This document shows, piece after piece, positions 38,525 to 51,499 of a stretch of 64,000 nucleotides of DNA (position 1 is the first letter of the stretch; each line of letters begins with the position of its first letter). Source of the DNA: Octopus sinensis (Eukaryota); NCBI RefSeq assembly GCF_006345805.1, contig NC_043005.1:39742001-39806000 (forward strand), in the 5' to 3' direction. Both the position numbers and the translations under genes were made by a program. A model generated the notes under the pieces. It searched no databases. It saw only the letters and a list, made by a program, of their open reading frames with translations, and was not told the origin of the DNA.

Positions 38525-38715
38525 GAGTGATAGAGTTACACACGCCATGAAAGAGGCGCTGGAATACAAATGTACGAAGTCCAATATACCCATCATGACT
38601 ACCCGTCTGATAAGAGTATATCACGTACATGCATCACAATGATATATGCGCGACATGGTGACAGAATATCAAGAGAAACAGTGCAGCACCTTGCATGGGG
38701 GGCCCATTTAGAATT
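38525..38715. mobile_element. Family E repeat, diverged partial copy (opposite orientation)
   Basis: tatacccatcatgactacccgtctgataag is the reverse complement of sequence at ~37458-37487. Confidence 0.8.
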
Positions 38716-39469
38716 AGATGCGTGCAAAGTAATTGGTTCTCTGAGTACATGTGTTAGAGAGAATGAATTTTTGTCTACGTGTGCACGTGTACGTCTGTGC
38801 GTTCGCTGGTGTTTGTAGTTGTGATTGGTAAAAAGCCTGTTTCTATGTATCAACTGGTCGTTTTTTAGAGCTAGAGGATGTGTAAGTGTGGGCGTCAGAG
38901 CATGGTGTGCATGTGCGTATGTGTGTATGAGGGGGAAGTGCTTGTGTGTACTATCTAGCTGCGTCATTTGTTCACAGGATGATACAGTTCGAATGACATT
39001 CCATTTTTATTCTAATCGTGGTATCAAATGGTTAAACAACGCTTTTATTTCTCAAATGGGGATTCATGAAATACTTTTCCTTTTTGAGAAACAACTGTCT
39101 AAATTCCGTAATCTTTTCATTTTCTTATCGACGACAGGTGAATAAACAACGATAAAACAACTGTTCCTATGGTAACACACAGTTGCAACTTCCGTTATGT
39201 CGGAAATTTAGGCTCCTGGTTTGCTAAAATTATGCATTTTAAGTACTCATTACGTTTTTAATAATTAATTACCAGAAAAAAAAAATGAATGCGGTTTTCG
39301 TCATAAGCATGCAAAACAATATCAGTATAGAAAATTCGAAAAAAGTCTGGCGAAAATTTGAAGTAAGTGGCAGGAAGAATTTTAAAAAGATCCGAGGTGA
39401 CAACTGTTTAAAAAAGAATGTAGTTTCCAAATTTGTTCCCTACTAAGACTAAATCATTAGTACGACATA

Positions 39470-41099
39470 CAGTGGCGGCCAAAATGTTCAGAACGGCATT
39501 GTTTTCGTCAGAAAAGTAGATATAATTTTTTATCAAAGTTGTTTTATATTCTATAATTTTCACAGACAATAAATACGATATTATTTGTTATTGCCTGAGA
39601 TTTTGGTGTAATTTGAGAGGATAATACAAAAGTTATGGATGATTTAGTGATTTACTGCAAAACCCATGGCGGCCAAAATGATCAGAACGGTTGCTTTTAC
39701 TCCGTGTTTTAGTATATTTAACCGGCGAACTCTAATGTTTTGAATTTGTTTACGTGACGGTTCGTTTACTAAACATTAGTAAGAATATTTACAGTGTACT
39801 TTGTTAATATAATGCCACTTACTCCGTTACCAATTCGTCAGCAGATTATTAAGCTTCGAAGGAAGGATAATTTAAGTATTGGATCTATTGCAAAGATTGT
39901 TAACAAGTCAAAAAGTGTTGTACACGGTATTCTTAAGGTCTACGATGATTGTGGTTCGTGTGAAGCAAGAAAGTTTACAGGTAGGCCAAGAAAAACGACC
40001 AAGAGAGAAGATCGTGCTATGGTAAAGTTGGTTAAAAAGGACAGATTTAAAACTGCTGCTGCTGCTGTTTCTCGGAAAATGAGCATTGTATTGAAGAAAA
40101 CTTTATCTCAAAAAACTGTGTCTCGTCGTTTAGTTGAACATGACCTACAAGCAAGAGCACCTGCAGTGAAGCTACTGATCAGCTCCAAGAATAAAAAGTG
40201 TCGTCTTACCTTTGCAACCGAACATGCGTTGTGGTCTCAAGAAAAATGGCAAACGGTGCATTTCAGTGATGAATCTAAGTTTATGTTATTTGTCTCAGAT
40301 GGGAAAAGGTACGTTCGTAGAAAAGTAGGTGAAAAATTGCGCCTAAATGCCTTAAGACTAGTGTTAAATTCGGTGGAGGAAGTATCATGGTTTGGGGGAT
40401 GATATCTGGAGATGGTGTGGGCCCTTTTCTGCGATTACATGGAAAGGTAAATGCAGGAGTTTATAAACAAATTGTAAAAGATTATGTCTTGCCTGTGCTG
40501 AGAAATTCAACTAAGCGACCACCCATATTCATGCAGGACAATGCCCCATGTCACAAGGCTAAGGTGGTCATGAACTTCCTTAAGGCTGAAAAGGTTATTG
40601 TTATGGATTGGCCTGCTCAAATCCAGATCTCAATCCTATTGAAAATGTATGGAATATTCTAGGAGAACGTTCGAAAGTCAGAAATCCTAAAACAACTGAG
40701 CAATTATGGAATGCCCTTCAGGAAGAATGGAATAAGATCACCCAGCAAGAAATTGAAAATTTGATTTCCTCATGCAGTCAAAGATGTCAGAGTGTGATTG
40801 AAGCTAAAGGGCTTCACACTAAATATTAAATAATTCCAGTATTCTCTGTGATTTTTGATCGTTTTGTTATTTTTTCAACCGTTCTGATCATTTTGGCCGC
40901 CATGGGTTTTGCAGTAAATCACTAAATCATCCATAACTTTTGTATTATCCTCTCAAATTACACCAAAATCTCAAGCAATAACAAATAATATCGTATTTAT
41001 TGTCTGTAAAGATTATAGAATATAAAACAACTTTGATAAAAACTTATACCTACTTTTCTGACGAAAACAATGCCGTTCTGAACATTTTGGCCGCAACTG
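39470..41099 (+). mobile_element. Young Tc1 (DD34E) transposon, 1630 bp, with 224-bp IR/DR-type TIRs and TA TSD
   Basis: TA|cagtggcggccaaaatgttcagaacgg ... ccgttctgaacattttggccgcaactg|TA; TIRs 39470-39693 and 40876-41099 with inner DR ggcggccaaaatgatcagaacgg. Confidence 0.97.
39812..40829 (+). pseudogene. Tc1 transposase with two frameshifts (~40340, ~40620)
   Basis: MPLTPLPIRQQII..GRPRK..FSDESKF..FMQDNAPCH..WPAQ/PDLNPIENVW..GLHTKY*; D-E spacing is 34 after frame repair. Confidence 0.95.
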
Positions 41100-41264
41100 T
41101 ATGTAACCATTACACCATTTCAAAAACCAAAGGATTCAGAAAACGTAGCGCTTCGATACAATTTAAATAGTTCCTGCTCTTCATAAATTTGTAACATTCT
41201 TATAGTCTTCAACATATCCCTAGAGTTTCCATGGATATTGCAAAAAAAAAAATAAAAAAATAAA

Positions 41265-41311
<47 letters not shown>

Positions 41312-42034
41312 GAGGAAATGTGTATATACTACCTAGTATATTAAAATATGTACGGTAAAATACATGTATAGGACATTAGAGAATTTACCGACATTACTTT
41401 GGGGTAAAATTATCTGGAGACCTCCGACAGGATGAGAGCCAGGTTTTTATCATACTCCATGCGAGTTACTGATTACGTTATAGAACACTGCCTATACTTT
41501 CTGTCACCACAAGTTATATAAAACATTTAATTATGTGGGTGACGAGGGCTAATATAGTTAATGCGTTGAGCCAAGAAAATGTTTAATTAATTAGAAATTA
41601 CACACTTAACGAAGAGCAAAATCAATACTTTTAATTATTAATTCTTGTCAACAAAACAGACACAACTTCATTTTTACCTCATTTATAATATAACTATATC
41701 CACAAGTATAAACCAAAAGATATACATCACCAGTGTGTGTTAAATAACGATGAAATTACATGGACTTCGTGTGATATAAGGGGAGGACAAATATTAGTTT
41801 ATACTAATAAAGCATTCGTGTTACATATATCGAAAGGTAGCGATTGCTAGTTCGAAGTCTTGGTGGACAGCGATGCTTATTTCCTCTGTTTTGTATTAGT
41901 GCTTCTAAATGTCTTGTGTGATTTATATCTAAATTCTAGCAGTCAATGATGGTGTGTTTATGCGTGTGTGTGTGCGCGCGCGTGTGTGTTCGTGCGCGCA
42001 AACATGTATGTGTGTACGCGTGTGTGCACGTGTG

Positions 42035-42208
42035 TGTGTACGTGCGTGCATGTATGTGTGTGCGTGTGTGAGAGAGAGATAGTATGTGGGTGTGTTTGTG
42101 TGTATGTGTATGTGTGTGTGTGTACGTGCGTGCATGTATGTGTGTGCGTGTGTGAGAGAGAGATAGTATGTGGGTGTGTTTGTGTGTATGTGTATGTGTG
42201 TGTGTACG
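42035..42208. repeat. 84-bp tandem duplication inside a TG-rich tract
   Basis: gtacgtgcgtgcatg...gagagatagtatgtggg occurs at 42038 and 42122. Confidence 0.88.
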
Positions 42209-42308
42209 CATATGTACAAGAGCGAGAAAAAGAGATTCGAGTTTCTGCATGAAACTCGAGTGGCAATACAGACTAAATAAACGAAATATGTGTCTGTGGA
42301 TATATATA

Positions 42309-43529
42309 CAGTGGGGGGAACAAAATAACACCTTAAAATTACAAACAAATTTATTTTAATATGGGGTAGGACTGCCTTTGTCAGTAATTACAGCTTGAAT
42401 TCTACGAGGTATGGACTCGTGCAAAGTTTCAATTGTTTCCAAAGGTATTTCTGTCCATTTTTCAGCTAAAATTATTGTAGTGATGATGGTGGAGGATATC
42501 GGGTCCTTACTTGTTTTTCTAAAATGCACCATCAATGTTCAATAATATTGAGATCTGGGGACTGTGGTGGCCAGATAAGATGTTCAACTTCACAAGAATG
42601 TTCCTTGTACCATTCAGTAACAATTTTAGCTGCGTGAATTGGTACATTATCACCCTGAGAGATTGCGTTTCCCTCCGGAAACAGTTCCGCAATGAATTTG
42701 ATACAATAAAATGCTTAAATAGTCTTGACTATTAACTCTGCCATGAAGGGAAACCATTGGGCCGGCGGAGTTTCAAGAAATAGCCACCCAGATCCTCACA
42801 GATCCTCTTCCATGTTTAACAGTTGAAAGAAGGCAGTCTGAGTCAAATGCTTCTTTTGGCTGTCTCCACATGTATACTCGGCCGATGGTCGGAAATAAGT
42901 TAAAGGATGGCACGTCTGAGAAAATAACAGTCTTCCACTACTCTAGGGACCAATGCTGTAGGTTTTTACTCCACTCTAAGCGCTTTGTAACGTCTGTCTT
43001 TAAAAGTAGCGGTTTTCTGATTGCAGTCCTCCCGTGAAATCCGGCTTTGCACAGCTCTCGACGAACAGTTTTAGTGGAAATTAAGCTCTGCAGTAATTCT
43101 GGGAGTTGCATTTTTGTGATCCTTTTAACAATTTGCGTAAGAGTCCGACGATCCCTATCTGAAAGTTTTGGTTCTCTTCCGGAGTTTTGTTTCAACGAGG
43201 AGGTTTTTGCCTCTTTCTCAAAGGCTGTCATTACTTTCGAGACTACTTCTTGATACAGCAAACATTTCGGCTGTTTTCGTTACGCTAGCGCCTGCCATAC
43301 GAGCACCAACAATTTGACCTCTTTCAAAGTCCGATAGATCTGTCATTTTAATGAATTTTATATACCTTTTTCTGATGATATTTTAGCAAAACAGCAATTT
43401 TAGCCAAACGTTTTAAGTAACACTAAGGATAATCAAAAAACATAAAAATAAACAAGCTTTTGACGGTTTTATAGATATTTCAAAATTGTGATGCTATGAT
43501 GCTAGGTGTTTCCATTATTTTGTCCAACC

Positions 43530-43532
<3 letters not shown>
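42309..43532 (-). mobile_element. Tc1-like transposon, decayed and internally deleted
   Basis: TA|cagtggggggaacaaaataacacct vs aggtgtttccattattttgtccaaccctg|TA; transposase 43346-42356 on minus: MTDLSDFERGQIVGARMAG..LSDRDRRTL..IRKPLL..SPDLNIIE..GSPTPY*. Confidence 0.9.
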
Positions 43533-43613
<81 letters not shown>

Positions 43614-43717
43614 TGATAAAAGCGTTAAGATAACAAATGAAAGAAAGAGACCTCGATATTATGTATATAGAGGAACTTATCTGTAAATGTAATATGTGAC
43701 AATTATTCGGTAGCCAT

Positions 43718-43778
43718 GATAAGACTCCGAGTTTCGGATGCCGAGGTAGAAATTCACACCGCCATCTCTTCACTTATC
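43718..43778 (-). ncRNA. Minimal type I hammerhead ribozyme-like motif (C3>G variant) in a Penelope-like terminal fragment
   Basis: Minus strand: gataa-GTGAAGA-gatg...catcc-GAAA-ctcggag-TC-ttatc; stem I gataa/ttatc, near-palindromic stem III. Confidence 0.72.
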
Positions 43779-43869
43779 CGGCCATCGGAACAACGCTATG
43801 AAAAAAAATATATATATATACATACACACAAATATATATGAATTTATGTACATACATACATATATATAT

Positions 43870-44823
43870 ATTTCCCTTGGCGGGCTGCCCATATCGGAGC
43901 AATCTCAAGATTAATCAGCCGAAATTGCTAAGATGATCTGGTTCTTGACTGATGACTGAGGGCTTCGAATGTCCCGTCCTGTGGTTCTTGTGTCGTCTCT
44001 GTGGTGTTTCATGTTCTTGTCCATGTCTGTAATTATTTTTACTGTTTACCTATATAATCGGCGGCTACGTATCCACAATTGTCCTTATACGATAAGTATA
44101 TTTTTTCTCTAGCATTGATACGACTCTTAATCTGTCTCTTTCTCTCTCTCTCTCTCCTCCCTTATTCCCCTTCCTTTCTTTCCCCCCCCCCATCCGTCTT
44201 CCCCCCCTTCTACGTTTCTCTATCTCTCTCACCTCCAGCCCCCTCGATCTGTCTCTTTCTTCTCCTCCCTCGTCCACTTCTCTCTCTTTCATCTGTCCCT
44301 TTCTCCTGTCTTTTGTTCTCACGTGACCGCTAGCCGCTGTTGAGCGCTCTTTTCGTTCCAGCAGCCGCCGAAGCAACACGTATTTGTTCGTCTCCCTGCG
44401 GCCATTAGGCACAACTTCACAAGCCAGCCCCATACTCAACTCGTCCTGTCGAAAGACCCTTGTCCTACGTCCTGGTTTCGTTTTGTTTTTTTATTTTTAC
44501 CGTTATTGTTTTTACGTTTTTGTATTCTTATTGGTGTCACGTATTCTGTATTTTTGTTCGTGTACTTCGTTCGTTTTCCGTCCTCGTGTTGTATACATTC
44601 GAAGCTTTCTTCCAGGGGATCTAATGCGCTTGGCTTAGATTTCCCTTGAGGGGTGCCCATATCGGAGCAATCTCAAGATTATCAGCCGAAATTGCTAAGA
44701 TGATCTGGTTCTTGACTGATGACTGAGGGCTTCGAATGTCCCGTCCTGTGGTTCTTGTGTCGTCTCTGTGGTGTTTCATGTTCTTGTCCATGTCTGTAAT
44801 TATTTTTACTGTTTACCTATATA
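43870..44823. mobile_element. ~950-bp non-coding element bounded by ~187-bp direct repeats (43870-44056, 44639-44823), embedded in (TA)n
   Basis: tttccctt..gcccatatcggagcaatctcaagatt..cagccgaaattgct...ttactgtttacctata occurs twice, period ~769 bp. Confidence 0.85.
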
Positions 44824-44859
44824 TATATATATACATACATATATATATATATAATATAT

Positions 44860-44925
<66 letters not shown>

Positions 44926-45546
44926 TACATACATACATACATACATACACACAATATATATGAACTTATGCACGTACATACATACATACGTACATACCTA
45001 CATATATACACACATATGTATGTGTGTCTGTTTTTGCATGTGTGTGTGTAGTCATTTTTATACACTCGTGTACGTATTTTAACGTCCCTGTTTGCTATTC
45101 TATACCTTACTTCTCCAAAATCAGTCATATTAGTCAGTCACAGCTTCTCTGAAAAGAAGCTTAACAAACCTAGCCAATAATACCTGCTTATTACTAAGCT
45201 GTCTCATAAAGCCACAACGATCACAACGACACCAACAACAACAACAACAACAACACCAACACTAACGATTAGTTTCTAAGCAAGATACACGCGTACGCTG
45301 CCGCTATCGGACATATATTCATAACAATATCAGATTAAATCTTTGTCCCAAATTCTATCAGTGTCTGTTCCTGGCATCATGTTTTGGTGTCTTCCTAGCA
45401 TCTTTTTGTAAAACTTTAGAAGTATTCCAATTTTTTTTATGAAGCATCCTACACCACCAGCCTCTTTCACTTGCCCGTGTATGTGGATGCACTCAAACAT
45501 GTACGCCTACGCATACTCGCACATATACATACATACATATATGTGT

Positions 45547-45604
<58 letters not shown>

Positions 45605-45910
45605 TCTGGCCGCTTTACATTCGATCATTCGTGCGTGATTGGAGGAAATTAAGAAAACCAACTCAGAGAATGTACACACACATACATACACACAAATGCA
45701 TTACCATTATATCCCCTTATATGTATGTGTGCATGCGTGTATATATTTGTGTGTGTGTGTTTGTGTATGCGTGTGTGTAGCGTTGCTACAGATCAAGTCG
45801 TCATCTGCACTTCCCTTGAACCTATTGTGCTATTAAGATCATACCTCGAGTTCGCCGAAACCCAAATGGTAATTCAGGAAGAATGTCTGATGCAACATGG
45901 TCCAGTAACC

Positions 45911-46108
45911 TATTTCTTTATACCCACAAAGGGCTAAACACAGAGGGGACAAACAAGGACAGACATAGGTATTAAGTCGATTATATCGACCCCAGTGCGT
46001 AACTGGTACTTTATTTATCGACCCCGAAAGAATGAAAGGCAAAGTCGACCTCGGCGGAATTTGAACTCAGAACGTAAAGACAGACGAAATACTCCTAAGC
46101 ATTTCGCC
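45911..46108 (-). mobile_element. SINE family A, young, 5'-truncated
   Basis: Reverse complement of the body and tail of the 38221-38449 copy. Confidence 0.93.
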
Positions 46109-46359
46109 GTTCCAAAGAGGTTGACCACAGCTAACTACAAAGCGATTTTACAGTAGTTATTACATGTTTTTCATTCTGTTCTTATACAAAAAAAAAATGA
46201 AAATGGTATTTCTCCATTGTTGTGGAGCTTCGCCTCTCATCCACACAGCTTGAAATATGGTAGATTTTAGCCCCAGTATCTCCTCACCACTTTCTGAACC
46301 ACTTCTGCAGCAATGCCAGTTTCTTCTAGTGGTTCCATTTTTTTTTGGAATTAATCTCG

Positions 46360-46612
46360 AAAGGCAGTCCGCGTGACCGATTTCTTTTTCGATGGAGTGT
46401 ATTGCATTTTGAAATAATAATTTAGTAATATTACACCCCGACTTTGCAGGCGGTTTGCACTATGAGTCGGTAACCCTTTTTTAGACCCATAAATCGACAA
46501 CAAAGGTCTATGATCTGTTTGCAATAAAAAAACTTCTGCCATTTCTGTGAACTTTTTAACTGCAAAAATAATTGTCAGGGCCTCATTTTCAATTTGACTA
46601 TATCTCATCCTT
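46360..46612 (-). mobile_element. Ty3/gypsy pol RNase H fragment
   Basis: RYSQIENEALTIIFAVKKF..FLLQTDHRPLLSIYGSKKGLPTHSANRLQ. Confidence 0.9.
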
Positions 46613-46845
46613 GTCGCCAGATGTTATATCCCTATGGATAAACGAATACACTACAATAGTGTAATAACAATATAATCGAAACAAACGACAGTAACCACAT
46701 GTAACATAGCAACAATCTTTTAAGAACCAGCATGCTAATTCGAACAATGAACTTTGAACTCCAGCTTTGAACTATCAACACACGAACTGTGGAACTAGCA
46801 CGAACTACCTCACTCAGACCGATGCTGTTTATATGTTGTGGTCCA

Positions 46846-47057
46846 CGTTAGCACGCCGGGCGAAATGCGTGGCCGTATTTCGTCTGCCGTTACGTTCTGA
46901 GTTCAAATTCCGCCGAGGTCGACTTTGCCTTTCATCCTTTCGGGGTCGATAAATTAAGTACCAGTTGCGCACTGGGGTCGATGTAATCGACTTAATCCGT
47001 TTGTCTGTCCTAGTTTGTCCTCTCTGTGTTTAGCCCCTTGTGGATAGTAAAGAAATA
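46846..47057 (+). mobile_element. SINE family A, young, 5'-truncated, with 16-bp TSD
   Basis: tatatgttgtggtcca at 46830-46845 and 47058-47073. Confidence 0.95.
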
Positions 47058-47161
47058 TATATGTTGTGGTCCAGTCCATTCTCCCCAGGGGGCGTCGCAC
47101 TCTCACACAACAGGTTCTCATTCATGCTCTCCTTTACGCAAATGATTACGATCTCGTAAAC

Positions 47162-47292
47162 CATACTGAGGAAGACCTGTAGCTCCTGATGGGCTGCTTT
47201 TCAGCTGCGTGTGCTGTGTTTGGACTTACAATCAATCATAACAAGACTTGTCATGATACAACCAGCATCAGGCAAGTCATATATCTCACCAT
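47162..47292 (+). mobile_element. RTE LINE RT fragment
   Basis: HTEEDL*LLMGCFSAACAVFGLTINHNKT (segment following the YADD motif in RTE RT). Confidence 0.75.
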
Positions 47293-48049
47293 CGATATGA
47301 CGAGTATCAAGTCCATGATTATGAAACACCAACTTAGATGAGTAGTGACGGAGTTAATCAATTACTATTTTCTAATAAATATAAACTCTAATTCATAGAT
47401 TCATTGCCTTTTGCTTTCCTTTGCACACATGGACACTGACACGTACGGTACATGAAGCATATATCTGTGATCTTTCAGACGACAATATTGTGTATACAAG
47501 TGGTATAGCGGAAGTTGTTACGTCTTTAGGGCATCTGTAAAATCGGTTCATGTTATTCAAATCTTGTCACATGATTGGGCTTCCGTACATTTACGGGCTT
47601 CCGTTCTTGAAGGAGATAATTCACTCGTAGGTTGTCACTATCAAGGTAAATTACTCAGCATGACTTCGTAGTTGGTTGGAACTAGCAAAAGCTGAATATT
47701 TTGTTTTTATGCATTTTGACCTCGTTGTATCTGGAAATTCTTCAAGAAAGTCTTTCTCCTGTGGCAGCAATTGGACAGTACTTCTACTCTCCCATTAAGA
47801 GATATAGCCGACCGCTTCAGAATTTTGAATGTTTTAACTAGATAAGCTGAGTATCTTCGGGACCCGCTACAGTACTAGTAAAACTATTATCGATGCTCTA
47901 TGTTTCAGGGAAGCATCCAAGTGCCTGGCGCCTGAGTGTCGAACCAAATTATGACAGTCATAGAACGTCTACTGTTCCTTGACCTATATGAGTGGGGATG
48001 TTGCAGAAATAAAACTAGTTACTCTAAAGGATGTCATAAATCATTATTT

Positions 48050-48223
48050 TTAGACAGACAAACAGACAGACAGACTGACTGATAGGTAGATAGACTGATA
48101 TAGAGATGTACACACAAACACATACGTACGCATGTGCATACATGTGTGTTTGCGTACGTACACATGCTTAGACGGAAGATACATACATACATACATACAT
48201 AAATACATACATACATACATACA

Positions 48224-48259
<36 letters not shown>

Positions 48260-48372
48260 TATATAATATATATATATATATGCATGTATATATATACATA
48301 TACATATATAAATATACATCCAGACAAGCATATATACTCAGTTATATGTACATATTTGTGTGTATGTACATA

Positions 48373-48418
<46 letters not shown>

Positions 48419-48419
48419 A

Positions 48420-48492
<73 letters not shown>

Positions 48493-48496
48493 ATAG
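48050..48496. repeat. (GACA)/(CATA)/(TA)n compound microsatellite
   Basis: Direct read. Confidence 0.93.
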
Positions 48497-49332
48497 GTCT
48501 GTTTTAATTCCTATTCTACAACTTCTACGTTCGCCTCGAGAAATGGTCAGTTCCATTTCTTAGTTCTTGCTTCGTTTAGCTTTCCTTTTCGCTTTCATTA
48601 CAGCAGAGCTTTTTAGCAGCGAGGCTCAATTTGGTCTCATAGAAACCAGCATAATGTAATTATGGCCTGTACAATGTAGGTTGATTGCATTTAGGTTGGA
48701 AAGCCAATAAGATTATAGTAGGTAATATCAGATGGTTAATAAACAACTTGGGTTCACTTCTATTCATCTGTCGAGGGTGTGAGTGTATGTACCAATGTGT
48801 ATGTGCATGTATTTGTGCGTGTGCGTATGTGTGTGTAGGTGTGTGCGTGCGAATGTCTGTGTTTGTATGCCTTGACGTGTCTGTATGTGTGCGTGTGTAC
48901 GCGCGTGTGTACCAGTGAATGCGCGTGTGAATATGTGTATGTTTTTGTATATTACCGTGTGGGCGGGTGTGGGTGGGTGACAGCGGAATTCTGTTGTATT
49001 TTTGCTCTTGTTTTTTGTTAGTGATGATGAGGATGATGATAGTGGTTGTGGTGGTTGTGGTGGTGGTTGTGGTGGTGGTAGTAGTGGTAGCAGTAGTGGC
49101 GATGATGATGACGATGATGACGTTGATTGTAATGATGATGACGATGACAGAGCCGACAGCGATCATGATGATGATGATGATGCATTTATTATTTTGTCAC
49201 GTACGAATAACGTGATGTCCCATTTCTTAAGAAAGAAGTCTATTACAAATTTATCAAATAATGATTTTAAAAATATTCTTTATTTGTATTATCATATTGT
49301 TGTTGCTGTTATTATTGTTATTATTATTATTA

Positions 49333-49363
<31 letters not shown>

Positions 49364-49364
<1 letters not shown>

Positions 49365-49575
49365 GGCGAACTGGCAGAATCGTTACCATACCGGGCTAAA
49401 TGTTTAGCGGCTTTTCGTCCGTCTTTACGTTCTAAGTTCAAATTTCGTCGTTGTCGACTTTGTATTTCATCCTTTCGGAGTCCATAAAATAAGTACCAGC
49501 GGAGTACTGAAGTCGACGTAATCGACTAGTCCCCTCTCCCCAAATTTCAGGCCTTTTGCCTTTAGTAGAAAGGAT
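49364..49575 (+). mobile_element. SINE family A, old-tail subfamily, between (TTA)n tracts
   Basis: ggcgaactggcagaatcgtta...aagtaccag...cccaaatttcaggccttttgcctttagtagaaaggatt. Confidence 0.88.
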
Positions 49576-49601
49576 TATTATTATTATTATTATTATTATT
49601 A

Positions 49602-49662
<61 letters not shown>

Positions 49663-49664
<2 letters not shown>

Positions 49665-51461
49665 CTTCGTAACACAGTATAGGTAAAAATGCACCGGAGT
49701 CTTTAGTCAACTATCAAGTTACAACAAGGACCTCAGACAGATAATACTTTCCTTAAGATGTACACTGTGCCCAATAAGGCTGCTTTTTTGCAAGGCATCA
49801 ATTTTGCATGGGATTTCCTGTTGCCGTAAGAAGTTCTGAAGTTTCAATGGGATTGAGCCCAATGCTCCGATCACCACTGGTATCACTTTAACATTACCAT
49901 CTCGCATTCTATACAGTCTTGCCATTTCCACTTTGAATTCGAAGTACTTGGTGATATTTTCAACCTCTTTACTCCCAATATTCGTGTCATTTTGTATGGC
50001 TACATCAATGATCTGACTATTTGTCTCTCTTATTCAATATGACTATATCCGGCCGACGGTGTTCGATTACGCAATCCGTCTAAAAATCATAGTCCCAGGG
50101 TATCGTTACTTTTCCATCCTCCTGCATAAATTTACTTGGTACATGCTCATAACAGTTCTCTGTTACTTTATATTGGTACTCTCACATCCACTTATCAGGT
50201 GGATCACATTTTCCACTCTTTCCACAGAGTCTGCATTTCTGGGTGTTAGTAGTTTTATAGATGTTATACTTCACTGAATTGGTAGCGAGAGCTTGGTCTT
50301 GTGCAGCAATGATCAGACTTTCTGTGGTACACTTCAAATCACCTCACTCAAGCAATGCCCACGATGCTGTATTATCCTCAACGTCATGTGTATTCTTTTC
50401 AAACTGTCCATGCATTCTCATTTCAAGGTCTTCTTTTCTCATTTCAAGAAGGTCTTCTTTTCTCTTCTCCTTAGCTCTTTGGTTAAACTCTGCCTTGCCC
50501 GTCATTCCATCTACATTTACAACCATATCTTTCGCGGCATATTGCAGCAGCTCTTCATCACTATTTATCAAATACTCGGCAAGCGTTCACCACTCACTCT
50601 TTATAAAGTGCTCTATACTAACTAATCCTCAGCCACCATTCTTTCTTTTCATATGCAGTCTGTTTACGTTTGCTTTAGGGTAGAAGGTATGCTGTTCCTT
50701 CAATAAGCCAGGCAGGTAATAGCTCTGGGTTTTGGATGACATCAGTCAGAGATGCAGCTAAATTTTGGTGTAAATCTGTCGGACAACTTAGCCAAAAGTT
50801 AGGAATTCGGTCCAGTCCTGGAGTTTTCCATGTGTGAGACTTCCTAAAAACACATCTTAGCTCTTCTATTCCTATTCTATTTCTGCTCTTCAATTTCATC
50901 CAGTCTCACTTTCTCACGCTCTATCCAGTCAGCTTTAGCATTATATTCTTTTTTGTTGCTCCATATCTTCTTCCAGAACTCTTCCATTTCCACAGTTTTA
51001 AGTGGCTCCTTTACTTCTATCTTACTTTTTCCAATTTCCCAGTAAAATCTCTTTGCATCCGTCTTGAATATCTTGTTTCGTCAATAATATTTGATTCTTT
51101 TGTCATACCTTCCAAGCCGTCGGGCTTTCAGTTGTATTCGTTGTTTCAATTGTTTCTTGGTTGCAGGGAGGTTTATAAAATCTTAATTTTATATTTTTGC
51201 TTGATTTTTCTAGCTTGTTTCGTCTTAACATTTACTCCTCTAGCAAGTTCATCGAAAACTGACACATCCCCACCATAGATTCGATCTCTTTTCGTATTGC
51301 TACTTTCCACTTAGGAGGTCTATTTACATGGTTGGTCCTTTTCTTTGTCGTCCTGATACCTAGTTGAGCAGTTACAACTTTAGCAGTGGAATAGATGAGG
51401 TTATTTAAGGTTGTAAGGTAGTTTCTTTTATTACTTAAGACCTGTCTAAGAGTTATATATC

Positions 51462-51499
<38 letters not shown>

